DNA from: Bacteroidota bacterium
GTDB taxonomy: Bacteria > Bacteroidota > Ignavibacteria > UBA10030 > UBA6906
Length of the DNA stretch: 34,762 nucleotides
Direction of reading: 5' to 3'
Assembly: GCA_036732865.1 (NCBI GenBank)
Contig: DAINBR010000001.1
Span: 1-34,762, forward strand
In this document: positions 19,052-27,138 of the stretch, piece after piece
Layout: every line of letters starts with the position of its first letter
How positions within the stretch are numbered: the first letter of the stretch is position 1
Translations under genes and position numbers: made by a program
Notes under the pieces: model-generated
The model's database searches: none
What the model was told of the DNA's origin: nothing
Seen by the model: only the letters and a program-made list of their open reading frames with translations

Positions 19052-21151
19052 TTACTCGTGGCCCTCCAGGATACGTGCGAGTTGTTTTCGTGCGAGTTCA
19101 AACGAATGGTTGTCTTCCTTGTAGATCGGGGAAGTCCTGACCACGCCATCACCGAATACCGCATCGGCACTCGGGACGGCCCCGATGGGGTTGTACCGAT
19201 GCCATAACCTGGCGTCGTTGAAGGCCGCCGGAACTATGGCATCTGCAATTGCCGAAACGGCAGCCGGATCCACCTGCCTGGCCAGGTGCAGGTATTCGTA
19301 GTCCTGCGCGCCACGCCGCCACATCTTCATGCGGATCGAGGCAATGGGTCCATGATAATTACGGCTATCCCCGGGGAAAAATGTTGTGGGGATATTGCCG
19401 GGAATCTGCCGTTCTTCTCCGCTGTAGATCCATGAAGCGCTATGTGCTTTCGCGTCACCCCATGGATTCGGAGTATCCTCCGGGTACGGATCGCCGGGAA
19501 ATCTGTGTTGTGCCCAGTACGCCGTTTCCCATAACATGTACATATCGACGTTGTATTTGAAGAGAATCCAGGGGTTCACCCGCATTTCCGTGGGTGGTAC
19601 GTCAAGGAACGGGATGCCTCCATAGTCGGGGCGCTGGCCATTGTAGATGCCAACAAGGCGATTGCCGCCCGCAGGGGCGGGCATGGCTCTTATCTTTTCG
19701 GCGGTGTACACCGGACTTCCGCCGTGATGGCCATACCAGCCGCTCTCGATGTTGTGCCCGAACCAAGGGCCGGCGGGACCGCAATTAAGCCAGGCATCCA
19801 TCCCTTCGGCCACCAGATCAATATTCAGCGGCTCCAGTGGAGGTTCCGGAAAAGGCTTTGTGAAAAGATGAGCGGTAACCAGCACCTTCAGGCTCTTTCC
19901 CACGCCGGGGTTATTATGCAGCCAGTGCAGTTGCTGAACCGTTGTCGGGAGATACCTGGCGTTGAAATTCAAGGGTTCGTCGCATGAGTAAAACAACCGC
20001 CATGTGTTTGGTGCATTCGTCAGGAACCACTGTTCCCAGAGATTCGCTGAAGCCCAAAATCCTTCCTGCGTGTTTGTGGCAAAACTCATCCTCTCGGGAT
20101 GGTGAGGCATGACGTACTGCCCGATGAAGTACATATTGTCGCCCACACCCGTGCCGGGGCCCGCATACCCGTGCGCGGCCGTATAGCCCGTACCGGTCAG
20201 GTAGTCGCCGTAAAACCGGGTCTTCCCACTTCCCCCCGCGAAGTTCTCGTAGCGCATCACATGGGTCAAGTTCTGGCGATGCCGGTGCATCATCATTTTG
20301 TATTTGTGTATGAGTCCGACATACTTCGCCGAGTACGTGCCGTCAAATCTCTCCATGGGCAACCCATGGGCCGCCATGTTGCTGTAGCTCCCATAAAAGG
20401 AATTGTGCAGATGTGTTGTGTCCGGGAGCGTGAAGTTGTTCACTGTCAGACACACTGGAATGCTGAGTCGGTCCACAGTGTCCTTCGCAATGACAAGCCG
20501 CCCGCAGTACTCGCCTGCAGGAACAGCCGTGGGGATGTAGATATCTATCCAGATACCCTGCGTCTTGTGAGCGCCAATGCGAAATGGCGCTCCACCCTGC
20601 CCGTGATCACAGACCTTGCTCGGGGCTTCGATAGGCACCAGGGCATCGGGAACCCACCCCATAAACGCGGAGGTGTCCGGGTCCGAGCCGGGCCGGCCTG
20701 TATGCAGTCTCGCAGAGATGTGCAGGTAGTGTTCTACGAACAGTTCAATATTCCGCCCCACGTATTGGAGGGGGTCATTGGACGTGTTCGTGATGACACT
20801 TGTCCCATTGGTCAATGTGTCGAGACGAACATCAAGCCCGGAGAGTGCGGTATCAGCGGCGATGATAAGCTGGAAGGCAACGACCTCGTTCCTCGCTCCG
20901 GCCAGTGTCACCCGGCCATCGCGCCAGACGGTGTTTCCCGTGTCATTCTGTGACCAGTGTATGACGTCGTCCTGTCTGACGCGAATACCGTCATCGACTG
21001 CCCATACAATGGAGCCAAGAAAGCCGTAGCTATGAGGAACACTGGCATCATACGTATGTTTCGGTACGCCGGTCTGCTTCTGGCAATCTATGCTTCCTGT
21101 GGCCAGCGCCAGGAAGCCCGCGATGAGCAGCCGGTATTTCACGGAAATCAT
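19052..21151 (-). CDS. Secreted DUF4091 / GH123-like glycoside hydrolase family protein
   Basis: There is an N-terminal signal peptide (LLIAGFLALATGS). The N-terminal pattern ARNEVVAFQLII ... GIWIDIYIPTAVPAGEYCG ... LTVNNFTLPD and the C-terminal SIRMKMWRRGAQDYEYLHL match my recollection of DUF4091 proteins. ATG 21151 forms an ATGA overlap with the upstream methyltransferase stop. Confidence 0.55.
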   Translation of the reverse strand: MISVKYRLLIAGFLALATGSIDCQKQTGVPKHTYDASVPHSYGFLGSIVWAVDDGIRVRQDDVIHWSQNDTGNTVWRDGRVTLAGARNEVVAFQLIIAADTALSGLDVRLDTLTNGTSVITNTSNDPLQYVGRNIELFVEHYLHISARLHTGRPGSDPDTSAFMGWVPDALVPIEAPSKVCDHGQGGAPFRIGAHKTQGIWIDIYIPTAVPAGEYCGRLVIAKDTVDRLSIPVCLTVNNFTLPDTTHLHNSFYGSYSNMAAHGLPMERFDGTYSAKYVGLIHKYKMMMHRHRQNLTHVMRYENFAGGSGKTRFYGDYLTGTGYTAAHGYAGPGTGVGDNMYFIGQYVMPHHPERMSFATNTQEGFWASANLWEQWFLTNAPNTWRLFYSCDEPLNFNARYLPTTVQQLHWLHNNPGVGKSLKVLVTAHLFTKPFPEPPLEPLNIDLVAEGMDAWLNCGPAGPWFGHNIESGWYGHHGGSPVYTAEKIRAMPAPAGGNRLVGIYNGQRPDYGGIPFLDVPPTEMRVNPWILFKYNVDMYMLWETAYWAQHRFPGDPYPEDTPNPWGDAKAHSASWIYSGEERQIPGNIPTTFFPGDSRNYHGPIASIRMKMWRRGAQDYEYLHLARQVDPAAVSAIADAIVPAAFNDARLWHRYNPIGAVPSADAVFGDGVVRTSPIYKEDNHSFELARKQLARILEGHE

Positions 21152-21858
21152 TCTGCGGGTTTCATCACGACCATTGTGTATCCCAACGTGAACTTCGGAT
21201 AGAACAACAACCGATCCATCGCCGCGGACAGAAAAAGGAATGGTGCGATCACGGCCTTCATTGGGAGTCTGGTCAGAATGTGCCCGCTGAAAGTGTCGTC
21301 CAGGATCACGCCGATAAGCTGGGCGATTGCCATGATTCCGCCACCCCGTTCCACGATCGTCACGGGGTGAAGATGAGCACTCTCCGCAAGTTCCCGGAGG
21401 CCGTACTTGGTGTAGCGGAAGAAATCATTTGGCTCTTCGTGTAACGGCCAGACAGCCGGCAGCGTCAATATCGCATGACCCCCGGGCCTGAGCACGCGGG
21501 CTATCTCCGCCAGCGTGGAAAACGGGTTGCGCACGTGTTCAAGCACCTGCGTGCATAGCACGGTGTCAAAAGTGTTATGTCGGAAGGGAAGCCTGAGCGA
21601 GTCCGAGACGACAGTCGGAGGTGTGGCGGTGTTGGGCCGCAGGTCTGTGCTGATGTAGTGTGACACTCGATCCCGCACGAGACCGGCATACGGCATGGCG
21701 CCGCACCCCAGGTCAAGGAAACATCCGCGGACGTACGGCAATGAATCTGTTATGCCCGACAGGATCGAATTGTTGTCGAGCCGGGCAGGATCGAAGAAGC
21801 CGTGCCGAAGCGAGCGTACGACAGCCTGTTCCCGTTGCGAAAGCTCAACCGCTCCCAT
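21148..21858 (-). CDS. Class I SAM-dependent methyltransferase (Methyltransf_11-like)
   Basis: Motif I is FLDLGCG. The post-I acidic residue and the motif ...VLCTQVLEHVRNPFSTLAEIARVLRPGGHAIL are present. Confidence 0.8.
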   Translation of the reverse strand: MGAVELSQREQAVVRSLRHGFFDPARLDNNSILSGITDSLPYVRGCFLDLGCGAMPYAGLVRDRVSHYISTDLRPNTATPPTVVSDSLRLPFRHNTFDTVLCTQVLEHVRNPFSTLAEIARVLRPGGHAILTLPAVWPLHEEPNDFFRYTKYGLRELAESAHLHPVTIVERGGGIMAIAQLIGVILDDTFSGHILTRLPMKAVIAPFLFLSAAMDRLLFYPKFTLGYTMVVMKPAE

Positions 21859-21865
21859 ATGGATC

Positions 21866-22990
21866 TCACGCGTTTAGATGGAGCAGATCGTCATAGATTC
21901 TGCAAAACTCCCGGTAAATCGTCTCGAATGAATACTTCCGTTCCACGTCCCTGCGTGCATTCTGACCCAGGCGTAATCTCGTTGCGGGGTTCTCAACCAG
22001 GTAGTCCAGCCTGGCGGCAAGTTCGTCGGGGCCTTCCACCAGATAGCCGTTTTCATCATTGTGGATAATTTCCTCCGGACCTGCCGACCCGGTTCTTCCG
22101 ATGACCGGCTTGCCGCACGCCATGGCTTCGATGAAGACTTTGCCGAACCCTTCCTGCTTTCTCATGTTTACGAAGACATCCTTCTCTGCAAGATAGTCCG
22201 GCAAGCAGGAGTGCGAGATGTATCCAGGGAATTCAAATGTTATGCCGGCTTCGGTCAGGCTGTGCCGCAATGTATTCACGTAGGCATCAGAAGTGCCATA
22301 CTGGTGACCAACGAATGCTGCCGTAATTCTCGATTTGTTCTTTGTGCGTGCGATTCCCGCAACAATGTCCTCGACGTTTTTGTCCGCTGTGATTCTTCCG
22401 ATGTAGAGTACGTGAAGCCGTCCGTTGTCTGTTTCCATCGAGGCCGGCGGATGGAAGAGGCTCGTATCAACACCGTGGTTTAAGATCACGAATGATCCGG
22501 GCAACGCACCGGCAAGCCGTCTGCGATTCAGATCGGTCGTGGTGAGAACGCGATCTGTGAACCGATGCACGACGAATTTCAGGAGCCAGGTGGGGACGCG
22601 ATATTGATCAAGCCCGTAATCATTCAGGAACGCGAGAATGACCTTCGCCCCGGTGAGCTTTCCGGCGACGACGGTCAGCAGGTTGCCGAAGCTGATCTGA
22701 TGGACCTGGAGCATTGCGACGTGCGGGAGGAGCCGGAGAAGCTCCTTCAATTTCCACCACGGGCGGTTTGGAATGAAGACCCAGCGGAGGCCGGACCGCT
22801 CGCACACCACCTTCGAGGTGATGCCCGTTCCGGCAGCAACGGTCAGCATCTGAAGGGGGAGCAGGTGGTGTTCACGGCAGTACCGTGCGAGGCAATACCA
22901 GAGGCTGTCAGTGGTATCGACAAGGGCATCGATACCTCCGTCGGGGAGTTGCAGATCGAGCAGGTACGTGTGCGCGATGGTTGTACGCAT
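21866..22990 (-). CDS. Glycosyltransferase family 4 (GT-B, Glycos_transf_1)
   Basis: The motif is EGFGKVFIEAMACGKPVIGRTGSAGPEEIIHNDENGYLV (EX7E region). The start is set at ATG 22990, a 1-nt TAATG overlap with the upstream gene. The ORF-track start at 23074 is an extension into that gene. Confidence 0.85.
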   Translation of the reverse strand: MRTTIAHTYLLDLQLPDGGIDALVDTTDSLWYCLARYCREHHLLPLQMLTVAAGTGITSKVVCERSGLRWVFIPNRPWWKLKELLRLLPHVAMLQVHQISFGNLLTVVAGKLTGAKVILAFLNDYGLDQYRVPTWLLKFVVHRFTDRVLTTTDLNRRRLAGALPGSFVILNHGVDTSLFHPPASMETDNGRLHVLYIGRITADKNVEDIVAGIARTKNKSRITAAFVGHQYGTSDAYVNTLRHSLTEAGITFEFPGYISHSCLPDYLAEKDVFVNMRKQEGFGKVFIEAMACGKPVIGRTGSAGPEEIIHNDENGYLVEGPDELAARLDYLVENPATRLRLGQNARRDVERKYSFETIYREFCRIYDDLLHLNA

Positions 22991-23559
22991 TACCGCGCGG
23001 CGTTGTTCTTCCAGGCGAAGATGTTCGCACACAAACCGGGTGCAAGGAGGGCCGGGCCGAGCCCGAACCACCACTGTGCGCGTCCGAAGCCCCTCACGGA
23101 GTACCCGCGAGACCTGAAATCTCTCGCTGTCCAGAGGCTCAGGTGGACCTGGTGGACGTTATTGTCATACTCCGGCTGGGGGAAAAACGTGGAGGGAGTT
23201 GATACGAACACGAATTTCCCGACACGTTCCATCTCTTTCAACAATACGAGCCCCTGGTCCTTCGAGAGATGTTCGATCATCTCGAAGCAGGTGACAATAT
23301 CATAACTCTGTGCCGGAAGGGCGGCGATTTTCTCGACCGCGTTCCCGATTGTCATGGATGTGTAGAAACGGCTGGCGAATTGTGCATAGGGTTCGTGGAT
23401 TTCAATGGCATCGAGCTTTGCGGGCTCGCGATATGTTTGCAGCATGGCACCGACGACCCCGCGTCCGGCACCGAGATCAAGCGCGCTGTGAAGATTGCCC
23501 GGCACACGATTCAGCCAATAAAACAGGAAGGGCAATGTTGATTTCATTTCTGATTGCAT
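22990..23559 (-). CDS. Class I SAM-dependent methyltransferase
   Basis: Motif I is LDLGAGRG, followed by ...YDIVTCFEMIEHLSKDQGLVLLKEMERV. It is 189 aa. Confidence 0.75.
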   Translation of the reverse strand: MQSEMKSTLPFLFYWLNRVPGNLHSALDLGAGRGVVGAMLQTYREPAKLDAIEIHEPYAQFASRFYTSMTIGNAVEKIAALPAQSYDIVTCFEMIEHLSKDQGLVLLKEMERVGKFVFVSTPSTFFPQPEYDNNVHQVHLSLWTARDFRSRGYSVRGFGRAQWWFGLGPALLAPGLCANIFAWKNNAAR

Positions 23560-23635
23560 GCGCGAAATCCGGAAGTGGGGGAAAACGGACGAAGAAATCT
23601 AGGCATATGGTACGCGAGAAGCAACTGCAGCAGCA

Positions 23636-25132
23636 TCACCGGTCGTCACGGTTCCCGGTTGTCCTGGAGTCCACGATCGCAAACACGCGGTTTAGAACTT
23701 TCGAGAGAATTTCCTTCTCCTGGTCACCGTAGACCTTCAACACCAACAACATGGTGACGTAGACGACGATCCCCAGGGCAATGTTAGGGAACAGTCCCCA
23801 TGGCTTGAAGAGAAAAATGACCGCGCCCATGACGCAGACGGCAAGGAGAATTTTTGCGAAAACGAAAAGGTGTTTCGGAGGGAAACCAACACGTGCAGTG
23901 TATACCTGGAGCGAGGCGAAAATGAGGAGCTCGGTGCATGCCGATATGACCGTCATTGCACGATAGCCCAGGCGCGGGGTAAGGAGAAGGTTCGCTGCCA
24001 GAACGAGTGCGGCAATCGCCAGGGAATTCCACATGCAGAACTTCTGGTGGTTCTGGGAGAGAAGGAAAGACTGCAGGATCCAGGAAAGATAACCGACAGC
24101 CGCACCGACGATGAGTATCTGCAGTACAAGTGCGGCATCACTGAAGGCCGGGGGATAGAGGATGGCGATAATCTCGGGCGCCAGGAGAATGGTGCCAACG
24201 GCAAGCGGGAAGGAAAGCTGACCGATGACGCGGAGCGCGTCGTACAGCGCCTTGTGCAGTTTGTGTGGTGCGTTGGCTCCGAAGTCTGAGAAGATCGGGA
24301 AGAGAATCTGTGTGAATGCCACGGGGATCAACGTCAGAATGGAAATGAGCTTGTAGCCGGCGCTGTAGATTCCCATTTCCGTGCCACTGCGGGTATAGTT
24401 CAGGATAGTGGGGCCTACGAACATGTAGGTCGAGATCCCGAATCCTCCCAGGGCAATGGGCAGGCCGTCGCGCAGAAGCGTTTTCCAAAGCCCCGTATCC
24501 GCGCTGAGGCGGGGACTACCAAGAGAACGTCGATACACCACGACGAGAATCCCGAGCATTATGAGAGAAGCGGCGGCGGCCAGGACGAGGGGGGTCCGCA
24601 CTTCAGGAATGTGAGGAAGCAGGAGAATGACGGCGATCGAAAGCAGCACATCGTTTGCCACGCTGACCAGGGAAACGAATACCATTTTCCGCTGCGCCTG
24701 AAATGCCCCCTGGAACGCCTGCGCGATGCCGTTGATTGCCATGCCGGCAGTGGAGAGGATAATGGCCCAGGTCGTGGTCGGGTCAAACCCGGAGACGAGG
24801 GTGGCCGCGAGAACCAGGGCACTCGCAACCGTAACGATCAACACTTTAAGTAGTACGACGTTCCCGAGGAGCGCGTTGCTGCGGGAGGGAGTGCGCGACA
24901 TCTCCCGCACAAGAATCTGTGAGAGACCGAGGTCGAACAGCGTTTGGAAGAGGGAGGTGAAATACGCCGCGAAATTGAGAATCCCGAAATTACCGACGCC
25001 CAGATACGTGGCGAGATAGTTCAAACGGATCATTCCAAGGAACAGGCCCACCACCCGGCCGAAGATCAGGGCGAACGTATCAAGCGCGATTTTCTTGGTC
25101 TGTGTTGCCACAAGCCCCTCACGCGGGTTCAC
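23636..25132 (-). CDS. Oligosaccharide/polysaccharide flippase (Wzx, MOP superfamily)
   Basis: It has about 12-14 hydrophobic helices. The N-terminus FALIFGRVVGLFLGMIRLNYLATYLGVGNFGILNFA is typical of the Polysacc_synt family. The start is GTG. Confidence 0.8.
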   Translation of the reverse strand: MNPREGLVATQTKKIALDTFALIFGRVVGLFLGMIRLNYLATYLGVGNFGILNFAAYFTSLFQTLFDLGLSQILVREMSRTPSRSNALLGNVVLLKVLIVTVASALVLAATLVSGFDPTTTWAIILSTAGMAINGIAQAFQGAFQAQRKMVFVSLVSVANDVLLSIAVILLLPHIPEVRTPLVLAAAASLIMLGILVVVYRRSLGSPRLSADTGLWKTLLRDGLPIALGGFGISTYMFVGPTILNYTRSGTEMGIYSAGYKLISILTLIPVAFTQILFPIFSDFGANAPHKLHKALYDALRVIGQLSFPLAVGTILLAPEIIAILYPPAFSDAALVLQILIVGAAVGYLSWILQSFLLSQNHQKFCMWNSLAIAALVLAANLLLTPRLGYRAMTVISACTELLIFASLQVYTARVGFPPKHLFVFAKILLAVCVMGAVIFLFKPWGLFPNIALGIVVYVTMLLVLKVYGDQEKEILSKVLNRVFAIVDSRTTGNRDDR

Positions 25133-25226
25133 AAGAAGATGATGTCATCATGTGTTCGGTGTGTGGAATTGAGAGGCAATGGTGACTGATTCGGTCACCG
25201 CTAAGGAGGGATTGTGTCACATCTTG

Positions 25227-25300
25227 TCGGAGCGCGGGGATTTGAACCCCGGACCCCCTGAACCCCATTCAGGTGCGCTACCGGGCTGCGCTACGCTCCG
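25227..25300 (-). tRNA. tRNA-Pro (anticodon GGG), CCA not encoded
   Basis: The minus strand folds by hand into a full cloverleaf: CGGAGCG TA GCGC AGCCCGGTA GCGC A CCTGA AUGGGGU UCAGG GGGUC CGGGG UUCAAAU CCCCG CGCUCCG A. U33, G37 and the T-loop are all present. Confidence 0.9.
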
Positions 25301-25310
25301 TTATGCAAAA

Positions 25311-25339
25311 AAAATACGCAGATAAGCTCTCAAAAGCAA
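25311..25339 (-). promoter_or_regulatory. Sigma70-like promoter for tRNA-Pro: TTGCTT, 17-nt spacer, TATTTT
   Basis: The minus strand reads TTGCTTttgagagcttatctgcgTATTTTtttgcataa, followed by the mature tRNA 5' end (a 10-nt leader). Confidence 0.4.
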
Positions 25340-25408
25340 CATATCACGGTCGGCCGCGGCACCCCACGACTGTTGCATTTTAATGAGGGAAATGGGTTCA
25401 TTAGAAAA

Positions 25409-26374
25409 ATGCCTGGACATCTCAGACTCGGCGCGGCGCTTGTCTTCTTTGCGTGCGGACTGTGCCCGGAAGCTCCCGCACAAGCCACCGGGGCCACGGG
25501 TTCGCCGAAGAGCAGCCATCTCGCCTTCATCAGCGACACGCAGACCCCCCTCTGGCTTGAAGCGCTAGTCCTGGGAGGTCACCGGAATGAGGATGCGACT
25601 GACACCCTGCTTGCACATATAATGAGGACCCGCCCCGCCTCCCTGTTCATGCTGGGAGATCTCGTGTCCTTCGGTGCTTATACCGGGTCGTGGAACAAGA
25701 TGGAGCAGGATATCCAGGCACTGCGCAAAGCACAGATACCGGTCCACGCCCTCCTCGGCAACCACGAATTGATGATCTATCCCCGCACGGGGGAGCGTTT
25801 CTTTCGGGATGTGTTTCCCGCCCATGTCCGGACCGGGTACTCCGTCAGTGTGGATTCCGTGGCGGTTCTCCTGTTGAATTCCAATATCGACAACCTCGAC
25901 GAGATCGAACAACAGATCCAACAGCAGTGGTACAGCCGGACCCTGGATTCGCTCGAGCACGATCCCGGGACGGTGTGCATTGTCGTGTGCTGTCACCATT
26001 CTCCCTTCACGAACAGTACGGTCGTTACGGCATCCGAACCCGTGCGCCAGAGGATTGTCCCTCCCTTCATCCGGACGGCCAAATGCCTCCTGTTCCTCTC
26101 GGGCCATGCCCACGCCTTTGAACACTTCAGAGAACAGGGGAAGAACTTCCTGGTCATCGGCGGGGGAGGAGGGAGCCGGCATCTCCTGTTGACGGGCACC
26201 GAGGCGATCTGGACGGATCGTGCCCCGGAAAAGAAACCGCTGTTTCACTATGTCACTGTAGTCCGGCACGGAATCTCCCTCCGCGTCACTGTGCATGGGC
26301 TGAGGACGGATTTCCACGGCGTCGAAGAAACGTATGTCCTCGAGGTTCTTCCTTCGCAGTTCATCGGGAACTGA
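25409..26374 (+). CDS. Secreted metallophosphoesterase (calcineurin-like)
   Basis: There is a signal peptide (LRLGAALVFFACGLCPEAPAQA). The metal-binding motifs occur in order: ISDTQ, GDLVSFG, GNHE, CCHHSPF, GHAHAFE. The start is set at ATG 25409. Confidence 0.8.
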   Translation: MPGHLRLGAALVFFACGLCPEAPAQATGATGSPKSSHLAFISDTQTPLWLEALVLGGHRNEDATDTLLAHIMRTRPASLFMLGDLVSFGAYTGSWNKMEQDIQALRKAQIPVHALLGNHELMIYPRTGERFFRDVFPAHVRTGYSVSVDSVAVLLLNSNIDNLDEIEQQIQQQWYSRTLDSLEHDPGTVCIVVCCHHSPFTNSTVVTASEPVRQRIVPPFIRTAKCLLFLSGHAHAFEHFREQGKNFLVIGGGGGSRHLLLTGTEAIWTDRAPEKKPLFHYVTVVRHGISLRVTVHGLRTDFHGVEETYVLEVLPSQFIGN

Positions 26375-26467
26375 AGGGCATGGCTGATCAGATCTGTGAT
26401 GACATTGCGGAACCGGGTGTCCGGTGCATACCTTGCGGGTGTGTCTATCTTGGCCTGGCTGCGGCCG

Positions 26468-26659
26468 TCACGCTGAGGGATGTCGCGAGTACGATGCGTT
26501 TTTTTTGGGGGGGATTCGGTGCGGGGTCTCAACCTTGGTATACCCTACACCAGTCCGCATGTGGAAGAGCAACGGCCGCAACAACAGCAGTGTCACCAAT
26601 GCCGTCCCAACGATCTTCTGCCAGCAAAGAACTCGGAGGATCATTGTTGGGACGTGCAC
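26468..26659 (-). CDS. Candidate small (63 aa) single-TM protein downstream of MerR; very uncertain
   Basis: The GTG start has AAGGGGG 4 nt upstream. There is one hydrophobic stretch (IVGTALVTLLLLRPLLF). GC3 is about two thirds by my hand count, higher than the overlapping plus-strand ORFs. Against it: the first 20 codons form a 15-bp hairpin, and a C7A8 tract lies in-frame. Confidence 0.2.
   Translation of the reverse strand: MHVPTMILRVLCWQKIVGTALVTLLLLRPLLFHMRTGVGYTKVETPHRIPPKKNASYSRHPSA
26499..26513. repeat. Adjacent homopolymers T8 then G7
   Basis: Read directly: gcg TTTTTTTT GGGGGGG attc. Confidence 0.95.
26604..26653. other. Long imperfect inverted repeat / RNA hairpin (15 bp stem, 17-nt loop, 3-nt bulge)
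   Basis: GTCCCAAC-GATCTTC [17 nt] GAGGATC-att-GTTGGGAC. The outer 8 bp are perfect. The inner 7 bp include one G-T pair. Confidence 0.8.
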
Positions 26660-26699
26660 TGTACCCCCTTATTCATAGCAAGCGAAAGCTGTGGGGGCA

Positions 26700-27083
26700 C
26701 TAATTCAGTTTTTTCAGCAGCTCCTCGAGGAACTGTTTCACTTCCAGTACGTCTGCCCGAAGCAACTCATCTTTGATCTTTGCCCGTTGTTTCGGGGGCT
26801 CCATCAGCTCCAGCTGTTCTCCGGTATCCACTTCCGGGGAGAAATTCTTCAGCACCTGCTTTGCGCCCTCAATGGTATAGCGTTCATCGCGGAGGAGTTT
26901 CTTGATATAGAGGATGAGTTTGATGTCGCGGTTGGTGTAGATGCGGTTGCCCGCACGGTTTTTGGCCGGCTTGAGCTGTTCGAACTCGGATTCCCAGTAG
27001 CGCAGCACGTATTGTTCAAGGTCAGTGATTTTGCTGACCTCGCTGATGGAGTAGTACAGTTTCTTGATGCCGAGCGATTTCAT
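26700..27083 (-). CDS. MerR-family transcriptional regulator
   Basis: The N-terminal wHTH is YYSISEVSKITDLEQYVLRYWESEF...NRAGNRIYTNRDIKLILYIKKLL. A C-terminal coiled-coil follows. Confidence 0.8.
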   Translation of the reverse strand: MKSLGIKKLYYSISEVSKITDLEQYVLRYWESEFEQLKPAKNRAGNRIYTNRDIKLILYIKKLLRDERYTIEGAKQVLKNFSPEVDTGEQLELMEPPKQRAKIKDELLRADVLEVKQFLEELLKKLN

Positions 27084-27138
27084 AGCGGGTCCGAGGATGT
27101 CGGGAGTATACGATTTCTGCGTCAGAGATGCAACGCGC

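Noticed and set aside
25139-25151. Perfect 13-nt palindrome ATGATG-T-CATCAT just upstream of the flippase start, and a GGTGAC-N7-GTCACC hairpin at about 25181-25199
   Set aside because: Both are short enough to arise by chance. There is no U-tract for a tRNA terminator and no recurrence elsewhere in the window. I noted them but could not interpret them.
19052-25300. Glycan cluster as a tRNA-Pro-integrated genomic island
   Set aside because: No integrase is present. I could find no direct repeat of the tRNA 3' end at the distal boundary. There is no visible shift in base composition or codon style compared with the flanking genes.
26481-26506. T8 run as the intrinsic terminator of the metallophosphoesterase gene
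   Set aside because: The best upstream stem is only 3-4 bp (CGC...GCG). G7 follows immediately, and the run lies about 125 nt from the stop. This is not a convincing Rho-independent terminator.
26380-26703. 107-aa plus-strand ORF (and the overlapping ORFs 26424-26678 and 26480-26776) in the convergent gap
   Set aside because: GC3 is only about one half by hand count, against about two thirds in real genes here. The AAGGG-to-ATG spacing of 1 nt is too short. The sequence is Cys/Gly-rich with no motifs.
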